A stretch of DNA of 64,000 nt from Lingula anatina (taxonomy: Eukaryota > Animalia > Brachiopoda): positions 15,438,001 through 15,502,000 of the forward strand of contig CM120646.1 in assembly GCA_051362555.1 (NCBI GenBank). Reading direction: 5' to 3'. A model generated the notes under the pieces. The model worked only from the letters and a program-made list of their open reading frames with translations, made no database searches and was not told where the DNA came from. Positions 36,873 to 48,743 of the stretch are shown in pieces. The stretch's first letter is position 1, and each line of letters begins with the position of its first letter. The translations under genes were made by a program, and so were the position numbers.

Positions 36873-38328
36873 ATTGACTGGCTGACAGAAACATTTAAAA
36901 AGCATTTCTGTGATATCTATTTGTATACGAGACAAGTTGATATCTATTTGTATACGAGACAAGTGAGAGAGAAGCAATTGTGACGCAAAGATGTCACAGG
37001 ACAAACTAAATTGTTAAAATTCGTATAAGTACATGGTTCCAACTCCATGCTTAAATTTTGCCAAGAGACAATGCAAAAGTTGAAATTAACATAACCTTTG
37101 TCTGAGTACATTGGCCAAACTTCAGTAAAATTTGTACAGAATGTATACACCATCTCGTCCCTTGTAACTTGAAATTAATGTTAAGGATTTTTTGCATCAT
37201 AATTTTTTTGCTTACAAAATTAAGAACGAAAAATTAGATCTCTCTCCAACTATTTATTAGCTACTTCAGATATACATTTGTACATGAAAACCTGTACCAT
37301 CACTTAACAGCTGTTATAGTACAATTTTTATAAGATTTATCTGTCAAATATTATAATATATGTACATACTCAAAGAATTTAATTAAACATTTAACATGAA
37401 CAATGACTGGGGTATTGCACAATACAACGAACAAAAGATAATCAAGAACTTTGCTGAAAGTGCTTAATTAAAAATATTTAAAAAAAACAAAAAACAAACA
37501 AACAGCTGTATTTCATGCTCAGGAGGTTGGACTGAAGAAATGAAAGCATTTCTTGTAAAATATTGGAAAAGAAACATCTGTAAGAGAGATCGTCTCAACA
37601 CAAGGGCCACTTGCTTATAGTTTGCAATCTTCAATTGCCAACAATTTTTATATAAAATATTTAAAGAAATGTTATACTTTCTTAAAATAAAACATCTGTG
37701 AAAACAAGGATGATAAAAACCATATCTATTAGATACTATAAGTTAGCTGCCTTCTCCACTTAAAACTTATTTTAAATAAAACTATAATTGTGAAAATAAT
37801 GGATAATTTAATCTAAAGCTTCAGTGTACCTCTGCTCTATGTGTGATATATTTGAGTTTAATAATATAATTGGTACCATTACTAGTTAACTAGGCATTCA
37901 TTTTTATTTAATCTATCACTTTGGCAAAATACAAGAAGACAAACATATTAACAAAGGTCATGTCATGAACAATCACAGACTTAAAAAGCATAAAATATGC
38001 TTTCTGTTCAAATAAGAATTTTTAAAAATATATCTAGCCCTCTAACCCACATTAGATATTAAGCAAGAGCATCTAAATTAAAATGGAAATATGAGTGCCA
38101 AAAGAAAATGGACATAATAATGTCAAGATCTTAATATAAAATACTAGGTGGTGGCAAATCTTTGAGACAATATCAAACTCTTTGTGGATTTCAGGAATTG
38201 ATTTAAAAAAAACAGTAGTAATAGTACTAGCAGACATAAAGAAAAAATTAACTTATAAATATTTTTAAACTTATGGAATTTTGCGCAGATATATGGCAGT
38301 GATGTAGGTCTTGTACCCCACAATTTTA

Positions 38329-39493
38329 CTACTTTGTATCTGTTACATTATGAAATGGACACTTTGCAGCAGAGCCATTTGTTTTAGCCTCCTTCAACTG
38401 TATATTACTCTTAGTCTCAACAAGTGTCTCCTTGACAACAGGTGTCTCTATGACAACAGGGGTCTCTTTGACAACACCATTACCATTGCTGCCTGCATCT
38501 GTGGCATCAGCCTCACTATTGTCGACAACTTCAAAATATGGACAGTGCGGCAACCCCTCAATTTCATCACCCGCGCTGGGTCTTCTAGGAGGCACATGGT
38601 CTATTACGTGGCCATCATTTTTATCAATCACTCCCTCTGTTTCCAGCTCCTTTTTCACAGTTTCAAAGTATGGGCAAGCAGGCGCACCAGATGGGTGCCG
38701 TTTTGTATGAGCCTCTGTGTGTTGTCGTGAGTGTTCCAAAATGGGTCCCGCCCCTTCTGCTAGCAGCAGTTCAGCAACACGTATCCCAGCAGCCTCTGCA
38801 GCCTGCATCACGTGGAATGAAACTTGATTGGACACGACACTTGCACATGATGGAACAAAGACACTGCGGCTCTGCAGAAAAAATAGTAGAAAAATTATTA
38901 GAAAACATAAACTTTCAGATTAGTCCAATCTTGAGGCATCTCTTATGCAGGAAAAACATATATATTAATCAAATTTCCCATCTCTAATGCAGTTATTAAA
39001 ATCTATAACACACTTAATGTTCTGAAACTAAAAACATACAAAAATTGATATAAGTCAATGTTTTTGTCACTTTTTAAAAATTAAAGCAATGCAATTATTT
39101 ATTTTCAACACAAGGTGATTTGTTGAATTATGCCTGGTTTTAACTCCAGTAATTTTTGCTGTCACAACAAAAAGACTACAAATATTTCAAACACTTTTCA
39201 AAATATATAACATAAAAATTATCTCATGTATTCAAATTTGTAAAAATATTCCTAGGTTACCCTCTTAGGAGACCTCTCTCCTTCCTCTGGAAGTTTTACA
39301 TTGATAGAGTCTATTACAGCTTCTGTGCCATCAAGTGAGAACACTCCCCCCTTCAGCATCAAGTTGTCATCTGCCAGCTCACTGTGGACAGCTACAGGAA
39401 CACTGCATCCACCCTCCTACAATAAATATAAACATGCCGTAACTTCACACTTCATCTGAACAAATAGTATTTAACAGCCTCCCCCCCCCCAAA

Positions 39494-39528
<35 letters not shown>

Positions 39529-42500
39529 AATAAATAATAATAAATAAATAAAATAAATAAAAATAAAAGTTTCAGTACTGAAATACCTGAAAAAAACCCT
39601 GTTAAGTTCTAAATTTTGGGAATTCATGTCAAAATGTATGTTTATGGAGATACATTAAAAAGTTTAATGTTCAAATATTATAAGAAAACTTATCCCTTTT
39701 ATGTGCCTTTTGATCAAAGTCAAACATTCCTAATATACCAATTAAAAGTTCAGTTAATTGATTGTTATAAATTAAACAAGGCAGCAAAGCTGTCAAATGT
39801 ACAGACAAAAAACAGGAAATAACTATGCTCAAAATAGGCTACTGTCAATTCTGATGCAAAAGTACATTATGTTAAACTGCAAATTCAACATCAAATTTTA
39901 ATTATGCTCAACAGGTAATACCAATATAAGTAAAATGTGTAACAAGTTCACACTTTGAAAATGTATAACTTCCAGAAAAAGAAGCCAATTAGACTGTTTT
40001 TCCAACTCAGGCTGCATTTTAGTCCCGTATTTCTTTTTTGAAAATTTGGCAATCATAAGTAACATGGTTTTCCCATAATGGTCATCATGGCAGCAGCACC
40101 CAAAATTGAGTTTTCTTCTATTCTGATGCCATATTACATAATGGTTAACAGCATAATGACCGTCAATTTTTAATAATAAAATATACGTATCATGGATTTT
40201 CAGAAAATGTGACTAGCATGGGTCTTCAAGCCTGTGGAACTTCAAAGTCACACCTTGAAAATGCCAATATGTGAAAAATTAAATTTTCACAAAAAAAAAA
40301 AAAAAAAAACTGTTTAAACTGGCAGTAAGAATTACCAAACAGACTGCATTGCCTACTGAAGCTGTATTCTAGTCCCATGTTTCTTTCCTGTAAGGTTGAG
40401 AACAGTAAGTGACATGGTTTTTCTTAAATGGTCATCATGGGAGCAGTGCCCAAAATAGTTTTTTTTTTTTTTTTCAAATTTTGATGCAATATTACATAAT
40501 GTTTAACAGCATAATGACCATCAATTTTTAATAATAAAATATTAGTATCATGGATATTCAGAAAATGTGACTAGCAAAGGTCCTCAGGCCCATGGAGCTT
40601 CAAAGTCACAACTTGAAAATGCCAAAATGTAAACAAGACAGCACTGTTCTGAAAATTTTTTCCCCATTTTTAACAATTTTTTAACATAAAACAATATTAA
40701 CAGGTTACTGCCATTTTTATACGATCAACTAAGAAAATTGATGAGATGGGAAAAATATCAATACAACAGTGTTAAATGTCCAATTTCCTCCATTCTGAGA
40801 TTCTGAACATAGTGAATGATTGAATCTGACAAACAGCAATGATATGAGTTTATTTCCATTTTTGAAACTTTATTACACAACACATGATAACAAGTTTACC
40901 ATCATTTTTACATAATCAACTAACAATGTTGTAAAGATGCAGGAAATGTCAAACAAACACTTTTATGTATCTTATTAGTAAAATAATAAGACTGTTAACA
41001 TGCCTAAGAATTGAATCTTAGGAAATGTGAAAAAACAGCATAACTTCTAAAATAATGCCCCGATTATGCTGATTTTCGAACTCAACCTGCGTTTAAGTAA
41101 GATTGACCATTCCTGTGAGTTAAATGACAATTGGCCAATCTATTTTTCTTATATTGTGTTTACAGTGTTGCATATATGCTGAAAAATGAAAAAACAGCAT
41201 AACTACTAAAATAGTGGTCCGATCATGCTGATTTTCGAACTTGACCTGCGTTTTAGTAAGATTGATTACTCCTGTGAGTTTCATGACAACAGGCCTAACG
41301 GTTTTCCTTAAAATGTGTTTACAGGGTTGCATATATGCTGAAAAGTGAAAAAACAGCATAACTTCTACAATAATGGCCCGATTATGCTGATTTTCGAACT
41401 TGATCTGCGTTTTATGAATATTCATCAGCTCTGTAAATATAAAGCCAAAAAGTAAAACTGCCCTCCACTTATCGTGTTTACAAGGAAAGTGCACGGCGCC
41501 GACGGCGACGGCGCCGGCGACGCCGGCGACGACAGACGCAGGTGATGGCAATATGTACAGACACATCTGTGTCTGTACATAAAAAAAGGGGATTCAATCT
41601 CATACAAAAGGACCTTTCCCCTGACTGACATCTGCTTTTACGATAGGAAAAAAAATTAACAGCCAATCTTCTCACCAGTTTCTTCAAGAAAGCTCTCTCT
41701 GCCACACATCTAAGAAGAGACTCTCTGTGCTGCAGTTTACTAATCAGTTCCAGGGTTTCAGTGTCATTGTCCCTGCATTCCACAGCCAGAGCTCCCTGGC
41801 ATATAGCATACATACAAACATCAGGGGACAGGACCTGGAAAACAGAAAAAATCAATAATATATATTATGTATGTCAATTGTAGCCTTTTCGATCATAGAC
41901 TGACATTTGGCACACAATAATATGTACCAGTCTGAAGAGATGAGAGGAACATATCATTCAGTAGAGTAAATGCATTAAATTATACACATCCCAGCTTCAT
42001 TTAGCCGACAATAAATTATAATGAAATGAAATAATTAGGAAACAGGTGCACTACTGGAATGGTTTCAGTAGCAGGAAAATCTCATGAACTTCATAAATTC
42101 TACACACAATAACTGTTGCTTCATCATTTGACAATTAACTCCGGTAGCTTCAACCCAGTGAAGGAGTGTGGACATACTAAATCAGTCACATTTTACTTAA
42201 CATGGTTAACTATTATTTTATTTTATTTATTTTATTTATTTATTACTGTTATCTTTTTTTCATATTTTCATAGGAAAATACCTCATCAATTCTGTCATTC
42301 CACTGCATTCTCTTCAGCCCTGCCTCGGCCAACACAAGAGCTGAATAAGTATCTCCGTTGTCCAGCTTACGAAGTCTCGTGTTCAGATTGCCCCGCTGAA
42401 AGTGCGTTAAGGACCTATACTCTCCTTACCTCCAGCAACAGAAGAGGTTGTTTTTATTGCTTTCTGTTGCTGGTTTGTATGCTTGACTGTGTGTATGTAC

Positions 42501-45500
42501 CTTAAAGGTGAGATAACTTTTTGTGTTCTTCACATATTTAGATGAACTTTTTAGGATAGACAATTATTCAGGGTGGAATGAAATGATCACAATAAATTTA
42601 TATGAATCCAGGTATGATCCTTTTATTTTTAAGAATGACAAGTGGGAAAACATGTAAAAATACTTTAAATTTTTTATCACAAACTATTCATAGGTATCTA
42701 GTAAATTTTAGATCTAGCATCATATGAAGGAAAAGCTGCAAGAAAGTAGAAATTCAGCTCTTAGTATGCAATTATTCAGGTATGTTCGTTTTTTAAAGCA
42801 GTTACATATTGGCAAGGGTGATCAAACTTCTTTCACTAATACCTCCTTTTCTTAATAGGCTTACCTAATACAGATTTATAATAAAGGATACAACATCTTG
42901 AAACTTGAGCTGAGGAAACTGTCTTTTCAGCTGTGATGCCCTGCGTAAGGAGCTTGTGCCAATTATACTACAAAAAGAATATATACTGATTATTTCCACT
43001 TAACTCAAAAATTCATCTAAATATCTTTAATCATGTTGTTTTCATTCATGTAAAACCATTTTAAAAATGAGAAAAATACTGAAACTGAAAAAATAGTCCA
43101 CATTTTCATGACTTTCACCCGATTCAAAATTCCATGAAAAATAATAGTATCATAAATAATTTTATTTCAGTCTATCCAAAACCCACTACAAAATGTTAGT
43201 TACACTGAAACAGAAAAGGTATTCATTTTCATTGTCTAAATTTCTTTCTTATATAATAAAATATCTTTCAAAATTGTTTTAATTCAGACAAAACAACTTA
43301 GCAAAAAAAAAAAAGAAAAGAAAAAGAAATTTGCCATTTTAATCGAGTACTAAAAATGGCACAAAAGCCCGACTTGTTCTTCCAACTTATCTTCAAACAA
43401 AGCAAACCCTTTAAGACTACTCTCCAGTTTTCTTTAAAAGTGACTAGAGCTTTCATTATACCTGTCCTGTGGAAGACTCTGTAATTTCTTGTCCTTCACA
43501 TCTGGATGGAAGACAACTGCGTCACAGGGACTCTCCCTCCTGAGTAATAGAACAAAAACTATTTAAGTTTTTTCTATGCTAAATACTCTGTAGATCAGGG
43601 GCCTGTTTCACAAAAATAGCTTGTCAGTTTATGGACTTAAATCTTAACTGGACTAACCAACCAATCAACATTTCAAAAAGAATCTTAATACCAGATTGCC
43701 TCCTTGTATTTAGTCTTTCAACCAAGATATATGGGCAATTTATCTTGACGAAATTAAAGCAATTTTTTTGTATCTAATCTAAATATTTTGAATTTAAAAA
43801 ATCAGTTCAGTTATTTTATTTTTATAAAACTCAGAACCTAAAATGAGAGTGATCATTGAGAAGCTTTAGTCCTGATACTCAACACTTACTCTAGCACCCC
43901 TGCTATAATCATGCCAGGAGGAAGGGTAGAAGGAAGATCCTTCAAGGAATGGACAACAAAATCTACTCTCTTGTCCTCAAGGGCAAACTCTAGCTCTTTG
44001 GTGAACAGACTTTTTTCTCCAATCTAAAAAATCAAGATTGTCAAAACCATATATATATAGATGAATATAAAATAAAATAAGATATTCACCATTTCTTTTC
44101 ATTTCATTTCTCTCTTCTTTTTTTTTATGATGAAAGCTTAGGAAATAATCAAGGAATTCAGGTATCACTGATATAGTACCTAACCTGACACCAGATGTCA
44201 CCAGCTGTCAGATATACCAAGTGTGACCTCACATATTTCTGTGTGTGACCTCGGGTGCCACTGGTATAAGACCAACATGTACACATAGTGTGGCCTTAGG
44301 CAAACCCTCGTCACAGGTGTCCAAATCTACCGAACATTTTACTTTTTTTCTTTTTTTTTCGAGATAAAACAAACAGCAGCATTTTTCTCTTAGCATAATA
44401 ATTATTATGCCATAGCACACACATGCAAATGCACACACTTTTAAATTATTATAATATATCTATGAAGAGAAATCAAAGACAGATAACATGTGAAACAATT
44501 TGAAAAACCTGATGAATATTATTCTAAAAATTGACAATTTATATGTACCTTAGACAGGGCTGTATCCAAAACCTTGTCACCAGTTGTGGACATTTTAACT
44601 GAAAAAATTTAAAAAGTCATCAGTTCAACTGTCAGAACAAACTCAACAGAAAGTTCATACAACAGTGTTCAATATGTATTCAGGAATATGATAACAAAAC
44701 ATGGTGATCTTCTCTGCATACAAATGAACAACTTTCAATTTTATTATTTTCTTTTTATGTGCTTGGTTCTCTTATAGTCATATTAATCTAGCCACCACCA
44801 GTTCCCTGTGTTACTATGATATAAATGAATAAAAATTTACTTAATTCTGTCTATAAAACATGACCAACATGAATTATCAAATATGGAAGTAGTGATTTTT
44901 ATGATCTAATTTATCTGATATCAGATCCACCATAAGAGGGAAAATTCATCTTCAATCTAACAAAAAATCAACTTTAACAGATAAAGTACAATGAAGAATA
45001 GACACACAACATCACATTCTTGACAACAATGTTAGGTAATATAATTAAGCAACATTCATCTTGGGCCGTTCAGAAGGAATACGTTAGGCTGCACAAGTAG
45101 GGGGACTAGTGCTCTCGCTGAATGCAATCAGATTAACAGACTAACACACCTGGTCTTGAGAAGAATACAGAGAAGCTGATGATTATAAAAGCATGATGGA
45201 CAAGAGGAGACATATCAGTCTGTTAATCTGATTGCATTCAGCAAGAGCCGCAGTGGAGTTGAAATGCACTAACTAGTGCAACCTAACTCACTCTGAATGG
45301 CCCCGTCAACTTATATTCAAAAGCTAATCCTGTCTATATTTTATAAGCACACAAAGGATTAGAAAGGCCTAAAAGTACAGAACACCAGCATTCACCTCCT
45401 AGTACTAGTACATGCATTTCAACAATAATAATTCTGTAATTGTTTGTATTTATACATGTGCCATACTTACTGACTTCAAACTCAATATTTGGGTATATTT

Positions 45501-48294
45501 TAGACAGCAGATCTATCACATGGTGGGTCTGTATAAGGGCAAGCTGAAACAATTCAAATATAAAAAAAATCATATATCAAAAGAAATATAGAGAAGAGAA
45601 TCAAAATATTTACTATTTTCATCAGTGACTGGCTCATTTTCTCTCTCTCTTCTATAATTTTTCTTCATAGGGGACAAAACTTACAAAATGAATGAAATGA
45701 AAAAAAGGAAAGAAAATAATAGACTACACAAATTCTTTTTATTGTTTAAAGGGTGGTGCAACATAATAATCAAGAAAGTGCGCACCGACACTTTGAAACA
45801 TCTGAGGTTTTTTTTCCAATAAACTGGACATCTTTGATTATGGACAGAGCTATATACTAGTACTGTAGTGTAAGATGACACCAACCAGATAGCCTGGTAC
45901 AGACTACACTAACTAAAATGAGGTGTCTTTTCTCGGTTCAGCAAACAGGGACTTACATTGACCTGTTAGGCTACAGGACCAATACTAGTACATTACTCTA
46001 CTAGTACACACCCCATATATAAATATATGATTAAGTTCTTTTTTTTTTTTTTTTTTAGAAATTATTTTACCACATTTGATGGTTTTATTTTATAAATAGA
46101 AAACCTCACATGAACTTTAATATAGTATAAACAGTCTTGTAGAATGGACACACCTGGAAAGTGTTACTACTACAGAGCTGCTGAGATTGACCAGGGATGG
46201 AGAAGAATAGAGGGCCATAATCGTCTATGTCAGTCAATGATCATCATATGGTAATGCTAGTGATAATAAAACAACAGAGCACCTGCTAGTTGCTGTATGT
46301 GGAGAATATGAAAGAGACATATAAACCCTGACATAATACTCATACACCTGGTATCTGTGTAGTTCTTCAACAAACAATCAGCGTTAATACATTTGAATTT
46401 GTATTCAGCAAGATACATGCTGGTTGTAGCTATTACGTGATGTTTATCCATGCTCCCTTTCTATTAATGACAATTACAGATAATTAAAAAGATACCCAGA
46501 CTATCATTAGAGACCTTGAACTAGTTTAAATTATCTAAACTGTATACATTAGCATCAAAGTTTGGCCTGATGTTATCAAAATAAATATTACAAAGAATTA
46601 CTAGTTTTACCCTAAGAAAAGGAGGCATAATCTGCAGTCTGTGCTAAAACATCTAAGCCCAAACCTTGGTCCTTCAGACTATAAGAATACACTGAGTTTA
46701 TATAAAAACAGTAACCAGTAACTGAACAAATTTCTAAAATTTTACTTGTCAGGCCAAAAGTTTGCTTTCAACTGACATTTGGTATGGGACTTATGATGCC
46801 AAATGACTAGAGTTCTATTATGCTAATATCAACACAGATTATCATCTCAGTAGTCTAGACTGTCTTAATGGAAAAAAATCCCTTATAGTTATATACCACA
46901 GTTCATACTTATCTGTAGCAGACAAAAGATTCATGCTTTGATCACTTGATCCAAGTCATTTATTTTATGGAGTACAATATATATATACGTACGATATATT
47001 AGATAAAACTGTTCACATATTATTGAATGAGGCCTAGAGCACAATTCGTACCTTTGCAAAGATTTGATTTTTTTAAAAGCAAAGTGAAATACAAGTTTAA
47101 GTAAAACAGTGCCTAGGTTTTTTATTTAACAGTGACTATCCTGACTCTTAACTAAAAGCATGTTTATAACTGAGTATTATGAACACTTGATCAATGTTTG
47201 TCCAGTTTTGTGACCCCCTCCCCTTCTTCTTCTTGTCCCTTACACCTATAAGTATAACTGAGTATTAGGTTACATATACATCACGCATGTCTAGTCCTCC
47301 TCATCAGGTATTCACACAGCATACTTACTGCCGCGCTGAATATTAGAAAATAAAGCAATCATATTGGCCTTGTTGTTGTCTTACATAACTCATGTAATAA
47401 CTGTATTATTATATGTGTCATACTTCGTGCATTTCTATACTGTACATAAATCAACATTGTTATAATGAAGGGGTTTCTGCTTTAGTTCCACCAACAAATC
47501 ATGAAATGCACTATGGTTTTCAATGGATGTATCACAGGACTGGACTACCATGTTTTAAAACACACCTGCGAATATAGTCTAACCCTCTTGGCTAAATTAA
47601 GTCATATTTCTCAAAACATTACTAAGTTTTTTTATTTACTTTTATAAGGTCAAACAATGATACACTGGTAAAAAAATTAAATGATTCTGAGCAACAAGTA
47701 AAGGCCTGTTTCTCAATCTCAATCATGCTCAGGCCCATTTAATTTTATTACTTTTAAAAATGAAACGTACAGTACACTGTCATTGTATCTTTATTATTAT
47801 GGTGTAGTGGAAGAGATTTCCTCATGTCACAACACCCAGCTTCAAAAGAAAATGCCCAATCATTCCAACTAAGCTGAGACAAGATGCCACTAACATCTTG
47901 TGCCATGTGTGGGAATTTTAAACAGCTGTTCCCTATCACTACACTATATATATATACTAAGTACACTGTAGACCTCATATGATTGTGTGTCAAGTCTTAC
48001 TTATTTTTATCAAAACCAACTTTTTTTAAAATAACATTGGTCTTGTTAGCTGGTTTGCTGTCGATAAGCCTGAAGCCATACAAGGGTTTGTTACTGCAGC
48101 GGGGACATCAAGAATCATCTCACTAAAGTACATGAGGGTTTACAGGTATATGTAAGCTACTGTATGTGGATCATGTACATAACATTTCGAGGTAAATTAC
48201 ACAATCGCGTTTTATGGGCCAGATTTTCGTAATTCACCCTTACCTGACTTTTTCGGGTTCCCACCCGCACGACTTTTTTTACGTCCTTTCCCAT
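38329..48294 (-). CDS. HMBS: Hydroxymethylbilane synthase (porphobilinogen deaminase), 477 aa, 10 exons
   Basis: Exons 48244-48294, 45471-45543, 44549-44598, 43890-44023, 43462-43539, 42892-42967, 42282-42395, 41676-41834, 39261-39416, 38329-38871. Motifs [70 protein letters not shown] (cofactor Cys). Confidence 0.96.
39774..41587 (-). mobile_element. Complete ~1.8-kb HINE in an HMBS intron
   Basis: Both termini present, T-runs at both ends on the minus strand, three ~159-bp cores, microsatellite, no TSD seen. Confidence 0.88.
42396..42891 (-). other. U12-type (minor spliceosome) GT-AG intron in HMBS
   Basis: 5'SS GTATCCTTT. Branch site TCCTTAAC (42406-42413) lies 10 nt before the exon. Confidence 0.92.
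45063..45304. mobile_element. Fold-back MITE
   Basis: gggccgttcaga...tctgaatggccc termini. Arms gctgaatgcaatcagattaacagact / agtctgttaatctgattgcattcagc. Resembles 8919-9167. Confidence 0.65.
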
Positions 48295-48299
48295 GACGC

Positions 48300-48450
48300 G
48301 TTGGCTGTATGACTGTTTCACTCAACTTCCGTAAAATAAACTTGATCACTCGGTAAGCTTTCTGACCTCAACCAACACACGTTCTCCACGGAAGTATGTT
48401 GTACGCATGCGCTAAGCTAAACGGGGAAATACGGATCTTGAGAAAGTGTA
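48300..48450. promoter_or_regulatory. Putative bidirectional promoter of HMBS/ZNF511
   Basis: Inverted ETS/GABP-type sites ACTTCCG (~48325-48331) and CGGAAGT (48389-48395). NRF1-like CGCATGCGC (~48404-48412). ZNF511 5'UTR donor GTAAGT at 48448. Confidence 0.6.
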
Positions 48451-48743
48451 AGTTGTTTATGCATATCATGTGATTGGGCTAGATATTATGAAGAATCTTG
48501 ATCGATCGCTAAAATAAATATATATTGCTCTATATCAAGACGCTGAGTATTACCTGCAGGGACAAAACAAACGCAAAGATTTTCAAAAACATACGTTCGC
48601 CCCCCCCACCTCCACTCACCACTACTTTGACTCTTGTAGATTTCGTGCCTCCCAGAACTAAGGCACACCTCATTCCACTTTCCCATACTTATTTGACTAA
48701 CTTCTTTTATATTTGCGCAGGAATAAGAACTGGCAATGTCAGC

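Noticed and set aside
36911-36964. 27-bp tandem duplication in the HOATZ 3'UTR
   Set aside because: Simple slippage duplication with no evident function.
44180-44335. Possible tRNA-derived SINE fragment in an HMBS intron
   Set aside because: Only a vague A-box-like word; no second copy, TSD or cloverleaf visible.
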